Shown one piece after another: positions 43,552-52,481 of a stretch of 60,294 nucleotides of DNA. A model generated the notes under the pieces. It was given only the letters and a program-made list of their open reading frames with translations, was not told the DNA's origin and did no database searches. Location of the stretch: positions 1 to 60,294 of the forward strand of contig JACRFI010000002.1 in assembly GCA_016217965.1 (NCBI GenBank). Reading direction: 5' to 3'. Position 1 is the first letter of the stretch; each line of letters opens with the position of its first letter. Made by a program: the position numbers and the translations under genes. This stretch comes from Candidatus Kaiserbacteria bacterium (lineage in GTDB: Bacteria > Patescibacteriota > Minisyncoccia > Phycocordibacterales > UBA2100).

Positions 43552-44478
43552 TTATTTGGTGGAATGCAAATGATAGTAGATATCTTCAAGAGCTTTGACT
43601 GCATCTCCTGCTGCGATGTTGTTCTGATGGTAGAGCCCATCGGTCGCATCTCCTGCCGCCCAAATTCCAAGTTGTGAGGTCCGCTGTGTTTGTGGGTCAA
43701 CTTTTATGTAGTTCCACTGGTTCAACTCGACGACACCTTTCACGAGTTCGGTCGAGGGGAGCATGCCTATCTCAACAAATATGCCCGCGACTGGAAGTTC
43801 AGACATTTCTCCGGTTTTTACGTTCTTTACAACCAGGCTTTGAACGAACTTCTCGCCTTTGACCTCGATTGGTTCGGTGTTTAGGAGCGCTTTCATATTC
43901 GGATGCTTTAGAACGCCCTCTACCGTCGCGGCATCAGCTTTATCAAATACCTCCCCGCGGTGAATGAGCGTGACTGATTTTGCATAGGCAAGGAGTTGGG
44001 CTGCCGTCTCAAATCCCGCATTTCCTCCTCCAACGACGATGGTGTCTTGGTCAGCAAACAGTGGCCCATCGCATGAGGCACAGTAGGTGAGGCCCTTGTT
44101 CTCGAACTCCTTCGCTCCGGGGATCTCAAGTTGGCGGCGGTTGCCACCGGTTGCAACGAGGACAGCGCGAGCTTCATATGTACCTTTTTTTGTTGTTATA
44201 GAGAATCCGGAGGCAGTCTTTGCTACTTTATCGGCGCGCTCACCGAGGCGTACGTCTACCCATTCTCCTGCGTATGCGCGAACGTGTTTTTCAAAAAGTA
44301 TCGCGAGGTCATTGCCTGTCACTTTTTCCATGCCTATCCAATTTTGAATCTCCGTTGAAACGGTGCTCTGTCCGCCGAAGTGTTCGACGATAAGAATGGT
44401 TTTTAGGCGCTTGCGTGCAGCGTATACTGCCGCAGCGGTTCCTGCTGGGCCACCACCAACAATTGCCAAGTCATACAT
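43552..44478 (-). CDS. trxB: thioredoxin-disulfide reductase
   Basis: The start was moved to MYDLAIVGGGPAGTAAA. Redox CASC in TYCASCDG, and the second Rossmann GGGNAG. Confidence 0.92.
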   Translation of the reverse strand: MYDLAIVGGGPAGTAAAVYAARKRLKTILIVEHFGGQSTVSTEIQNWIGMEKVTGNDLAILFEKHVRAYAGEWVDVRLGERADKVAKTASGFSITTKKGTYEARAVLVATGGNRRQLEIPGAKEFENKGLTYCASCDGPLFADQDTIVVGGGNAGFETAAQLLAYAKSVTLIHRGEVFDKADAATVEGVLKHPNMKALLNTEPIEVKGEKFVQSLVVKNVKTGEMSELPVAGIFVEIGMLPSTELVKGVVELNQWNYIKVDPQTQRTSQLGIWAAGDATDGLYHQNNIAAGDAVKALEDIYYHLHSTK

Positions 44479-44497
44479 AATTCGGCAATTGTAAGCT

Positions 44498-44564
44498 CCA
44501 AGTTCCAATTTCCAAAATCCAACGAGAATTCTTTGGAATTTGTTTCTTGGGATTTGGGATTTCC
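44498..44564. repeat. inverted pair of heptamer arrays (CCAANNN x4 / TTGGNNN x4)
   Basis: ccaagtt ccaattt ccaaaat ccaacga ... ttggaat ttgtttc ttgggat ttgggat. Together they can form a long imperfect hairpin just downstream of the ftsZ stop. Confidence 0.7.
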
Positions 44565-44565
44565 A

Positions 44566-45738
44566 TCATTTCCTTCGCAGAAATGATGGTAACCCTCCCC
44601 ACGCATCCTCGTCATCTTCCGGAGGGGTGCCTGTGTTTCGAGGGGCAGGATCCTTTGTGGCAGTTTCTTTTTCGGGAGGTGGTTCTGGTTTACGCTCAAT
44701 ACGGACTGGAGGAAGGTCATCGGGCTTGCGTGGCGAGAGGCGCTGGGGCCCAAATAATTGCCGGCCTCCACCTGGTGGGCTTTCTGGGAATCCTGTCGCA
44801 ATGACAGTCACGCGTACCTGGCCCTTTTTGAGTGCGTCGTCTGTAACTGCGCCGAAAATGACTTTTGCTTCTGGGTCTATTGCTTCGGTAATAACGTTTG
44901 CCGCATCTTGTATCTCGAGCATGCCCAGGTCTTCTCCGCCCGCGATAGAGAAGAGGACGCCTTTCGCGCCCGAAATAGATACTTCGAGGAGGGGAGAGTT
45001 GATGGCAGCTTTTGCCGCAACCTCGGCTCGCTTTTCCCCCATGCCTGTGCCGATACCCATCAATGCGGAGCCCGCGTTCTGCATGATGGTGCGTACGTCG
45101 GCAAAGTCCACGTTGATTATGCCAGTGGTTGTGATGAGGTCGGAAATGCCCTCGACCGCCTGCTTCAAGATGTCATCGCACATCGCGAATGCGTTCTTAA
45201 TGCCCGTATCGCGCGAAACGATGGCGAGGAGTTTGTCGTTAGGGATGATGATGACAGCGTCAACAGCCTTCCGCAATTCTGTTATGCCTTGCTCGGCGAG
45301 GCGCATGCGCTGCGCGCCTTCGAATGCAAATGGGCGGGTTACAACGCCCACTGTCAGGGCGCCAAGCTCCCTTGCGATCTTGGCAACGACGGGCCCTGCG
45401 CCGGTTCCTGTGCCGCCTCCCATACCGCCGGTTATGAAGACCATATCAGAGCCCTTGAGGGCATCTTGAATTTCCTCGCGAGTTTCTTCCGCAGATTGTT
45501 TGCCGAGGTCAGGATTCATTCCGGTGCCGAGGCCGCGTGTCAAATTCTTGCCGATGTGTATCTTTTTCTTTGCTTTTGATTTGTGGAGGTCTTGCGCGTC
45601 GGTATTTATAGAAATGAAATCGACTCCCTGCACATGCGAGGAGACCATGTGATTAATGGCATTTCCGCCCGAGCCTCCAACGCCTACAACCCGTATCCGG
45701 GCAAAGGATTCCACGTCGGGTTTTACCTGTTTTGCCAT
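44566..45738 (-). CDS. ftsZ: cell division protein FtsZ
   Basis: 390 aa. [29 protein letters not shown] and a P-rich C-terminal linker. Confidence 0.97.
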   Translation of the reverse strand: MAKQVKPDVESFARIRVVGVGGSGGNAINHMVSSHVQGVDFISINTDAQDLHKSKAKKKIHIGKNLTRGLGTGMNPDLGKQSAEETREEIQDALKGSDMVFITGGMGGGTGTGAGPVVAKIARELGALTVGVVTRPFAFEGAQRMRLAEQGITELRKAVDAVIIIPNDKLLAIVSRDTGIKNAFAMCDDILKQAVEGISDLITTTGIINVDFADVRTIMQNAGSALMGIGTGMGEKRAEVAAKAAINSPLLEVSISGAKGVLFSIAGGEDLGMLEIQDAANVITEAIDPEAKVIFGAVTDDALKKGQVRVTVIATGFPESPPGGGRQLFGPQRLSPRKPDDLPPVRIERKPEPPPEKETATKDPAPRNTGTPPEDDEDAWGGLPSFLRRK

Positions 45739-45841
45739 TGTTGGACATCATATCAGGTTCGATAAAAAGGCAATCATTGACCTAATGGCTAAAACATTTT
45801 GCTATGCAAATGATCGCCCCACGAGAGCGTATATGAGGCTT

Positions 45842-47014
45842 TTAGGGCAGCAGTGTCCTGAAACCGCTTTTTACTGAATCAATTGCGCGCGAGAGCACCT
45901 CGCCGAACGTCTCAGAAGGGCCAGCGTTTTCTTCGGCGTATCCCCACCTACACAGGCCGTATGCCACAGCCCACGTCGCATCGAGGCTTCCGAGGCGAGA
46001 GACACCGGAGGGCAGTCCTATCTGCGAAGGAAGTTTTAGCGTGGATTTTGCGACGTCCGAGACAAATTGCGAGCCGGCTCCGCCTCCGGTTATGACGATG
46101 CCCGCGGGGAGAAGGCGATGCCTGTTTATGGAACGAAGGTGTGTGTTAACAAGCGAGAACATTTCTTTGAGGCGGCCTGTTATCACGCTCGCCATCTTTC
46201 TGGGAGGAATATCACTTCCGGTGACGGCGCCGCGCTTCATCTGCTCTGCTTCGTGAAGTGGAAGTTGAAATGAGAGCGCAATGGCATGTGTGATATCGGA
46301 CGAACCGATGGGGAAGACTTTCATCGAGATGGGGACGTCGTTGTCATACACAATTATTGAGAGCGTTTCCGCGCCGATGTTCGCGAGAACCACTCCGGCA
46401 GTTTTCTGTGCTTTCGTCAGTGTGACGAAACTCGCGGCAAGGGGAGAAGCCATGAACCCCTCAACTTCGATGCCCGCGGATTCAACTGCATCTATCAGGT
46501 CATCGTGGTGCTGCGTGAGCATTGAGATGATAAGTGTGTCCACCGACAGCTTGGTTCCTTGTAGCCCATGGGGCCGTCCTCGTATCGCGGTGCCGTCTAT
46601 TCGGTACTCAAGCGGTATCGTGTGGAGGATAGTACGGTTTAGGAGCTTGGAGATGGCCTTCTTTTCGCTTTCGCGCAGGGCGCGCTCTATTTCGCGCTCG
46701 CTTGCTACGCCGCCGGATGTTGTGAGAGTGATATCGCCCGTCGAACGCAGCTCTTCAACAGATACGCCACCCATCGCGATGCGAGCGCTTCTTACGTTCA
46801 CTCTGGAAGCTTGGGCGGCGCGCCCCACAGCTTCTTTGATGCTTCGCGTTACCTCTCCTCCATCCACAATATATCCATGGCGCATGCCCTTAGATGCAGC
46901 AGAGCCAGTGCCAACGATGGACATCGGGAGGTCAGGCGAATCTGGTGCCGAAGCGATGACGACTTTCACGTGATGCGTGCCAATGTCAATTCCGGTATAA
47001 AGCCTCCGAGCCAT
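45842..47014 (-). CDS. ftsA: cell division protein FtsA
   Basis: 390 aa. The actin-like ATPase motifs TGIDIGTHHVKVV and ITGGGAGS. Lies upstream of ftsZ. Confidence 0.92.
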   Translation of the reverse strand: MARRLYTGIDIGTHHVKVVIASAPDSPDLPMSIVGTGSAASKGMRHGYIVDGGEVTRSIKEAVGRAAQASRVNVRSARIAMGGVSVEELRSTGDITLTTSGGVASEREIERALRESEKKAISKLLNRTILHTIPLEYRIDGTAIRGRPHGLQGTKLSVDTLIISMLTQHHDDLIDAVESAGIEVEGFMASPLAASFVTLTKAQKTAGVVLANIGAETLSIIVYDNDVPISMKVFPIGSSDITHAIALSFQLPLHEAEQMKRGAVTGSDIPPRKMASVITGRLKEMFSLVNTHLRSINRHRLLPAGIVITGGGAGSQFVSDVAKSTLKLPSQIGLPSGVSRLGSLDATWAVAYGLCRWGYAEENAGPSETFGEVLSRAIDSVKSGFRTLLP

Positions 47015-47050
47015 ACAAGTAGCCTATTGTAACTCGTTTTTTAAAGGAAT

Positions 47051-47176
47051 CACGGGACTCTTTCTCGGCATAACTTTTTTGCCGTCGCTATCTGGCGTTG
47101 CTACGCCAGCGCTCGGTCTCGGCGCCGTCGCGCCTGCGAAGACGGCAAAAGAGTTATGCCCTCGACGAGTTCCGTG
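47051..47176. repeat. branched-hairpin intergenic repeat, copy A2
   Basis: Same architecture as A1, with paired changes: CTGGCGT-TGCT-ACGCCAG, GGCGC-CGTC-GCGCC, and outer stem CACGGGACTC/GAGTTCCGTG. Its 3' 23 nt overlap the ybeY C-terminus and stop. Confidence 0.8.
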
Positions 47177-47552
47177 AGAAGATTTTAAGATATTTTGCTT
47201 CAAGTTGGTCCATTTTTTTTCCGTGAGCATGCCCTTTGAGATGGAGGCATGCATGGATAAATAAAAAAGCGGCGCGCTCATTCAGTGAGACATTGAATTC
47301 GCGGGCCTCGCGCTTTGTTTTTTGTAGATTCAATAGTATCTCGCCTTCGTCTTTTGCGTACGGGAAGGAAAGAACATTGGGCGAATAGCTTTTCTTTCTA
47401 TATTTTTTGTTCAATGCCGTTGCAAGAGAGTCTCCACACACGACGAGTGAAAGTGAATAGTGCTCTCCCAGTATTTTTTTTGCCAATGTTCCAAACGGAA
47501 CACGCGGCAAAGGGCCGCGGGTAGTTTTGTGTACATTGAACTCGAACGCCAT
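47154..47552 (-). CDS. ybeY: rRNA maturation endoribonuclease YbeY
   Basis: 132 aa. HACLHLKGHAH is the HxxxHxxxxxH zinc motif. The start overlaps the rpsU stop (TAATG). Confidence 0.82.
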   Translation of the reverse strand: MAFEFNVHKTTRGPLPRVPFGTLAKKILGEHYSLSLVVCGDSLATALNKKYRKKSYSPNVLSFPYAKDEGEILLNLQKTKREAREFNVSLNERAAFLFIHACLHLKGHAHGKKMDQLEAKYLKIFSRNSSRA

Positions 47553-47890
47553 TAGCGTGCGATTGGAGTGTCCTCGCCGAATCGTGCTGGAGTAGCCGGA
47601 ACACCGCTTTCTCGCTGAGGGGAAGCAGAAGTTTGTGGCCTGTTTTGGTATCCTCGGCGCTGCGGTGTTTCCACTGCCTTGCCTTCCTTTACAAGACGCT
47701 TGAATTCGTCGCGGCGCTTGATTCGTTTCAATGCACGCTTCTTTGCGACCGCTTTTGATGTATTGCGCGAGTAGTAGCGGCGTTTCCTGGACAGCTGGAT
47801 GAGTCCCGTGCCTTGTACGCGGCGAGAGAACTTGCGAATGACCGCAAGCGGACTTTCATTTCCCGATTTACTCACTTCTGCATTTACCAT
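47552..47890 (-). CDS. rpsU: 30S ribosomal protein bS21 with a long C-terminal extension
   Basis: The N-terminal ~60 aa (ESPLAVIRKFSRRVQGTGLIQLSRKRRYYSRNTSKAVAKKRALKR) fit S21. They are followed by about 50 extra P/R/Q-rich residues. Confidence 0.7.
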   Translation of the reverse strand: MVNAEVSKSGNESPLAVIRKFSRRVQGTGLIQLSRKRRYYSRNTSKAVAKKRALKRIKRRDEFKRLVKEGKAVETPQRRGYQNRPQTSASPQRESGVPATPARFGEDTPIAR

Positions 47891-47909
47891 GTGGGCGCAA
47901 CAATACCAC

Positions 47910-47952
47910 TAGAATAGGTGATAGGCAATAGGTTTTAGGGATTGGGAATAGA
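47910..47952. repeat. period-7 TAG array (TAGGNNN family)
   Basis: tagaa taggtga taggcaa taggttt tagggat tgggaa tagag. Same vocabulary as the arrays flanking 12309-12668. Confidence 0.65.
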
Positions 47953-48007
47953 GGGGAGATAAAAAGCGTCCGGACGAAAGATTTGGATCCTCGTTTTGTA
48001 TCCCCCC

Positions 48008-48038
48008 TTAGAAGCTGGGACCTAGAAGCTAGCAGCTA
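48008..48038. repeat. period-7 CTAG array (CTAGAAG family)
   Basis: ttagaag ctgggac ctagaag ctagcag cta. The final CTA is the TAG stop of the minus-strand hisS-like gene. Confidence 0.75.
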
Positions 48039-49223
48039 CACTGTTGCTACCGCTTTGTACCTCCTTAGATATCCTGGCAGTTCGGTGACAGGCACTGCTT
48101 CCTGGGAGTTGGTCGCGACTTCGCGCACAAGGACCGTTCCTTCCATCGCTTCCTTGTGACCCATGATAAGGAGGTGAGAGACGTTTGTTTTTTTCGCTCT
48201 CTCCATCTGCTCACCCAAACGCTCGTGCATCAGCGACTGATGGACCGGGATGTCCGCTTGGCGCAAGGTTTCTAGGACCGAGAGTGCTTTCCGGCGTGCC
48301 TCCATTCCGAGGTGGGCAAAATACAATGCTGGCATTGCTCGCACCGTGGGCTTCATGCGAGTTTTTCCTCGCAGTTCGCATGCAATGGACACCACGGCTG
48401 CCGGAGTTTCGCGGGTTGCGAACCGGGTAGCCAAGGGGTCATATCTGCCGCCGCTCGCAAAGGGAATGCGAGAGCCGGTTTCTTCGTCTACTGTTGCAAT
48501 TTCGAACAGCGTGTGTGCCCAAAAATCGCGGCTACCGAGGACGCTGGGCGAGAGTTCGTATGGCACACCGAATACTTCCAAATATTCCAACAGGTCCCAG
48601 AATCGTTTTCTCTCGTCCTCGGTCAGATATTCCATGCTTTGTGGCGCACGTGGCGTAGCTGGGTGACCTTTCTCAAAAAGTTGCGTCAACGTGCCAAGCG
48701 GGTCCGTCGCAGCGCGGGGGCGCAGAGTCGGTGAGATGCTATCAATGTGCTTCCGGAGGAATGTGCCTACATCGCGCACGAATCGAGAAGATGAATCCAT
48801 CGCGCCAATGGAATTTATTGCAAGTACGCGGCGGTTGATGCCAGCGTCGGCTGCGATAGCATCCGCAACGACAATGAGAAGCGCTTCTGCCATCGCATGG
48901 GGCGCGCCGACGACGTGCAGTTCGATCGTGTGGCATGGCATATTCGAGCGATCGCGCGCCGCGTTTTTATTCAGCCGCCAGATGAGGAGCGTTTCTTCCG
49001 GTTTGCGCGAACACGATACGCACAGTTTCGCGGATGACATGAGTGTGCGTTCGTCGCGGCGCGCGAATGAGATATCGGGTTCGCGCTTCGAAGATGGTGG
49101 AGCAGGAAGCCGGACGCGCTGCAGCCGATCAATGGGAAGGAACCCGTAATATTCCGCGATCCGTATTGCGCCTCCGAGGAATCCTGCAGTATTTTGGTGC
49201 CGCGTGTCTTTCAATCTAATCAT
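48036..49223 (-). CDS. histidyl-tRNA-synthetase-like class II protein (divergent motif 2)
   Basis: 395 aa. LAINSIG, SRDFWAHTLFE, ASGGRYDPL and a C-terminal anticodon-binding-like domain (HLLIMGHKEAMEGTVLVREV) align by eye with HisRS. The LRPEGT and FRHERPQxGRxRQF regions are not recognisable. Confidence 0.6.
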   Translation of the reverse strand: MIRLKDTRHQNTAGFLGGAIRIAEYYGFLPIDRLQRVRLPAPPSSKREPDISFARRDERTLMSSAKLCVSCSRKPEETLLIWRLNKNAARDRSNMPCHTIELHVVGAPHAMAEALLIVVADAIAADAGINRRVLAINSIGAMDSSSRFVRDVGTFLRKHIDSISPTLRPRAATDPLGTLTQLFEKGHPATPRAPQSMEYLTEDERKRFWDLLEYLEVFGVPYELSPSVLGSRDFWAHTLFEIATVDEETGSRIPFASGGRYDPLATRFATRETPAAVVSIACELRGKTRMKPTVRAMPALYFAHLGMEARRKALSVLETLRQADIPVHQSLMHERLGEQMERAKKTNVSHLLIMGHKEAMEGTVLVREVATNSQEAVPVTELPGYLRRYKAVATV

Positions 49224-49233
49224 GCGCGTTTCG

Positions 49234-49890
49234 TTAGTCTTCTAAATATCTTGCTTCCGCTGGCAAGATGCCAAGTTTCGAAAGAGGGAAAAGACGAAGG
49301 AGAACGCGCCCGACAATATTTTCTCGTGGCAGCACTCCCCATGTGCGTGAGTCCGAAGATACACGTCGGTTGTCTCCCATGACGAAATATTGTCCCTCTC
49401 CTAATGTTTCGGTTGCGCTTTGTGGGCCGCCAAGGTTTTCAATCGCAAGGTACGGCTCTTCAATATAAAACCCGTCGGGATGTTCGGCGTTTTGTATGGT
49501 GATCCCGGCACCATTTACTGTCACTGTTTCTCCGGGGAGCCCAATGACTCGTTTTATTAGTGTGCGCGAATACTCTTGGGGCAAATGAAAGACGATAACA
49601 TCTCCGCGGGACGGCTCTTCTATGCGATACGATATCCTGTCGGTGATGAGATAGTCCCAGTTTTGGAAATTTGGCTCCATGGAGCTGCCGGAAACGACAT
49701 ACGGTGCCGCTATAAAGAAGCGGATGAAGAGCGCAAGCCCGAGAGCGAGAATTGTGTAGCCAAAAAGAGCCCCTCGCCCTGGCGAATTGCCGGCATTTTG
49801 CGCCGCTTCTCTCATTCCACTCGCTGGCGCGGCTTCAAACTGGTCATTTGTGGAGATTCCATCCCGTTTATTTTGAAAAAGTTCACTCAT
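49234..49890 (-). CDS. lepB: signal peptidase I
   Basis: 218 aa. VSGSSMEPNF (catalytic Ser), LIKRVIGLPGE (Lys) and GDNRRVSSDSR. Confidence 0.9.
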   Translation of the reverse strand: MSELFQNKRDGISTNDQFEAAPASGMREAAQNAGNSPGRGALFGYTILALGLALFIRFFIAAPYVVSGSSMEPNFQNWDYLITDRISYRIEEPSRGDVIVFHLPQEYSRTLIKRVIGLPGETVTVNGAGITIQNAEHPDGFYIEEPYLAIENLGGPQSATETLGEGQYFVMGDNRRVSSDSRTWGVLPRENIVGRVLLRLFPLSKLGILPAEARYLED

Positions 49891-49971
49891 GAGTGACTTA
49901 CAACGGGCAACACGCTCGACAGTATACTACCAAGTGTGATTGACACCAAGTGAAGGTGGTGTTGTGTCGAC

Positions 49972-50090
49972 AAAAACTCTTTTTCGGCGCAGGGTTTCCG
50001 TCGCACGGATATTTTTCTGCTGAAAAATTCCTCGAGCTCGCGCCGATCGCGCTCGCTAGGCGCCGTTAACCCTGCGCCTCAGCGAGTTTT
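49972..50090. repeat. branched-hairpin intergenic repeat, copy B2
   Basis: AAAAACTC/GAGTTTTT outer stem. GGCGCAGGGTT/AACCCTGCGCC stem. Inner hairpin GGAtATTTTTC-TGCT-GAAAAATTCC. Lies between the divergent lepB and pth genes. Confidence 0.7.
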
Positions 50091-50143
50091 TTATGTACAA
50101 ACAGCTTTAGTAAGTGCGTTTGCGTCTGGTACTATGCCGGAAT

Positions 50144-50737
50144 ATGACTTGGGTCGTTGTCGGGCTAGGAAATCCGGGAGGGGAGTATGAAAATACGCGC
50201 CACAACGCTGGGCGTATGGCGGTTGCGCAATTCGTGAAGTCAAAAAAAGTTGGTGAGTGGAAAATTGATGCAAAAGCGAAAGCGCTTGTCGCGCGCGGGA
50301 TGATAGAGCGCTCTCTTGCGGTATTTGTACTGCCGGAAACGTATATGAATAAATCCGGGGGTGCACTTTTGAAGTTCGTGAAGAGCATGAAGGCAGCCGA
50401 ACACCTCGTCATTGTCTACGACGACCTCGATTTGCCACTCGGTTCGATGAAAATTTCCTATGATCGCGGCAGTGGCGGGCACAAAGGCATCGAATCAGTG
50501 ATGCGCGCGGTGAAGACGAAACGATTCTGGCGCATTCGAATCGGAGTTTCCGCGTCGACCGCATCTGGGGAGATAAAAAAACCGCTGGGAGAGAAAAAAG
50601 TGAACGATTTTATCCTCGATGTGTTCAAGCCGCACGAATTCGGAGCGCTAAAGCCCGTTTTCAAACGTGTCGAACATGCGCTCGAAACAATTCTGCTCGA
50701 AGGCGGAATGAGGGCGATGAATCAGTTCAATGGGTAG
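50144..50737 (+). CDS. pth: peptidyl-tRNA hydrolase
   Basis: The start was moved to MTWVVVGLGNPGGEYENTRHNAG. YMNKSG and GSGGHKG. Confidence 0.92.
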   Translation: MTWVVVGLGNPGGEYENTRHNAGRMAVAQFVKSKKVGEWKIDAKAKALVARGMIERSLAVFVLPETYMNKSGGALLKFVKSMKAAEHLVIVYDDLDLPLGSMKISYDRGSGGHKGIESVMRAVKTKRFWRIRIGVSASTASGEIKKPLGEKKVNDFILDVFKPHEFGALKPVFKRVEHALETILLEGGMRAMNQFNG

Positions 50738-50769
50738 CTTCTAGGTGCGAGCTTCTAGAAGCGAGCTTT
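50735..50769. repeat. period-7 TAG array (CTAGAAG family, reverse orientation)
   Basis: tagcttc taggtgc gagcttc tagaagc gagcttt. The first TAG is the pth stop. The array ends at the stop of the convergent gene 50769-51101. Confidence 0.75.
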
Positions 50770-51101
50770 TATATTGATTGGGGTTTTTCAGGTATGTTCA
50801 ATATCTGAGTTACGTGTTGGTCAATCATAAATGGTTGTTCCATGCCTTTTTGATGTCCGCTGTCAAGAAGGTCTCGCGTCATTTTTACAACCGCTTTTCT
50901 TTCCTCGCTAGTAATACCCGTTTTTGCGTCAGAGTTCATTAAATCTTCCGCTTTTCCTAATAGATCTCTCATGGATTTGTTAAATTCGTCTTGCGAGTTC
51001 TTGCCAATAGCACCCTCTGCTGCCTTCGTAAGCTTTTCGGCATCTCTTCCAAGTTGTCGCGGAGAGTCCTGTTTATTTCTCTGAAAAAGTCCACGCATCA
51101 T
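50769..51101 (-). CDS. hypothetical helical protein
   Basis: 110 aa, K/E/D-rich. No family recognised. Confidence 0.45.
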   Translation of the reverse strand: MMRGLFQRNKQDSPRQLGRDAEKLTKAAEGAIGKNSQDEFNKSMRDLLGKAEDLMNSDAKTGITSEERKAVVKMTRDLLDSGHQKGMEQPFMIDQHVTQILNIPEKPQSI

Positions 51102-51205
51102 AATTCTCGAAGGTTATTGATATAGTTTAACGATAACTCGAAAATCAATCTTTCACACCGTCGCATGGGGATAGCATCCGAAGGTGTTTGTGACCCTCCC
51201 TTTGT

Positions 51206-51238
51206 CTAGAAGCTGAAAGCTAGCACCAAGAAGCTATG
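51206..51238. repeat. period-7 CTAG array (CTAGAAG family)
   Basis: ctagaag ctgaaag ctagcac caagaag cta. The final CTA is the TAG stop of rpsA. Confidence 0.75.
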
Positions 51239-52391
51239 CTACCGGCTTCAACGTCATTCTTCGTTCCTTTGGTTCGAAGAGCGTGATTGTGAACGGATAC
51301 ACTTTTCCAAGTTCCAATTTCGCGCGGAGTTCCGGCTCGTCTTTGAATTCTGAGATGTGCACGAGTCCTGCGACGCCTTCTTCTATCGATGCGAGCGCGC
51401 CATGTTTGTTGTACTTGATGACGACTGCATCCACTTTCTGGTCTTTTTTGTATTTTGCCGCAGCTGCTTTCCATGGATCGTCGGCGAGAGCCTTGATGGA
51501 GAGCGAAACCTTGTCGTCTTTTATCTCAATTACTTTTACTTTCACCGCTTCGCCGACTTTGTAGCGAGTCTTCGGATTCTCCACGAGCGCCCAATCCATT
51601 TCGGAGATGTGCACCAGCCCTTCGAGGCCTTCTTCGAGTTTAACGAAGACGCCGAAATCAGTCGCACCCGTGACGATGCCATCAAGCGTATCGCCGACAC
51701 CGTATTTTTCGACGAGTGAAGAGCGCTCAGATGTGCCCGCGCCCTTCTCGCTGAAAATAAGTTTCTGCTCTTTCGGGTTCGCAGTGATAATGAGGACTTC
51801 GATGCGTGTTCCAACTAACTTTTTGAGTTCGACGAAAATCTTGTCTTTGTCTCCATCAGGAACGCGCGGGTAGTGCGCGGGAGCGAGTTGCGATGCGGGA
51901 AGGAATCCTTGGAGCCCATTCCACGCGATGATAAGCCCGCCTTTGTTTGCGTCGGTTACGGGGAGCTCAAATACTGTTTTCTTTTGCGTTGCCGTTTCAG
52001 CCTCGTTCCAAATGAGTGCTTGGCGCGCTTCGCGCAAGGAGAGCTCAATGTAGCCCTCTGTATTGTCGGTGCCAACGACTTTCGCCGTAATGGTGTCTCC
52101 AATGTGGACGTTCTTCAATGCCTCGCGTGCCGAGAGATATTCACGGCCGTAAATGATGCCTGTACCAAAAGGATGCAGGTCAACGAACACGCGTGCTCGC
52201 CCGACTGCTATGACCGGACCTTCGACGACGTCATCTATCGCCGGCGGTTTTGGCGCCGACTGCAGAAGCTCGTCCATCGGCCCCTGTTTTGCCACCACTT
52301 TTTCCTCTTCTTCTGCGTCTTCTACATCACGAGTCTTTTCAGACTCTTTAGTTGCTGTCGCTAACATTGTATTTTGCGGTACCTTCTGCAC
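51234..52391 (-). CDS. rpsA: 30S ribosomal protein S1 (four S1 domains)
   Basis: 385 aa. Repeated S1 OB-fold motifs (GxVxxVxxFGxFVxL..GxxGLxHISE) occur four times. Confidence 0.88.
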   Translation of the reverse strand: MQKVPQNTMLATATKESEKTRDVEDAEEEEKVVAKQGPMDELLQSAPKPPAIDDVVEGPVIAVGRARVFVDLHPFGTGIIYGREYLSAREALKNVHIGDTITAKVVGTDNTEGYIELSLREARQALIWNEAETATQKKTVFELPVTDANKGGLIIAWNGLQGFLPASQLAPAHYPRVPDGDKDKIFVELKKLVGTRIEVLIITANPKEQKLIFSEKGAGTSERSSLVEKYGVGDTLDGIVTGATDFGVFVKLEEGLEGLVHISEMDWALVENPKTRYKVGEAVKVKVIEIKDDKVSLSIKALADDPWKAAAAKYKKDQKVDAVVIKYNKHGALASIEEGVAGLVHISEFKDEPELRAKLELGKVYPFTITLFEPKERRMTLKPVA

Positions 52392-52481
52392 CTTCCGTAT
52401 CTGTCGTGAGGCAGGTGGGTATAAACCGCTTCCTATTAATAATCTCCCACAAGGGAGAGGCGCAATATATATGACAATAAG

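Noticed and set aside
44540-45579. 309-aa and 273-aa plus-strand ORFs
   Set aside because: They are antisense to the unambiguous ftsZ gene and are shadow ORFs. The same reasoning applies to 46281-46973 (antisense to ftsA), 55294-56112 and 54706-55266 (antisense to gyrA), 1192-1881 (antisense to groEL), and 10515-11326, 7698-8306 and 8162-8518 (antisense to the giant ORF).
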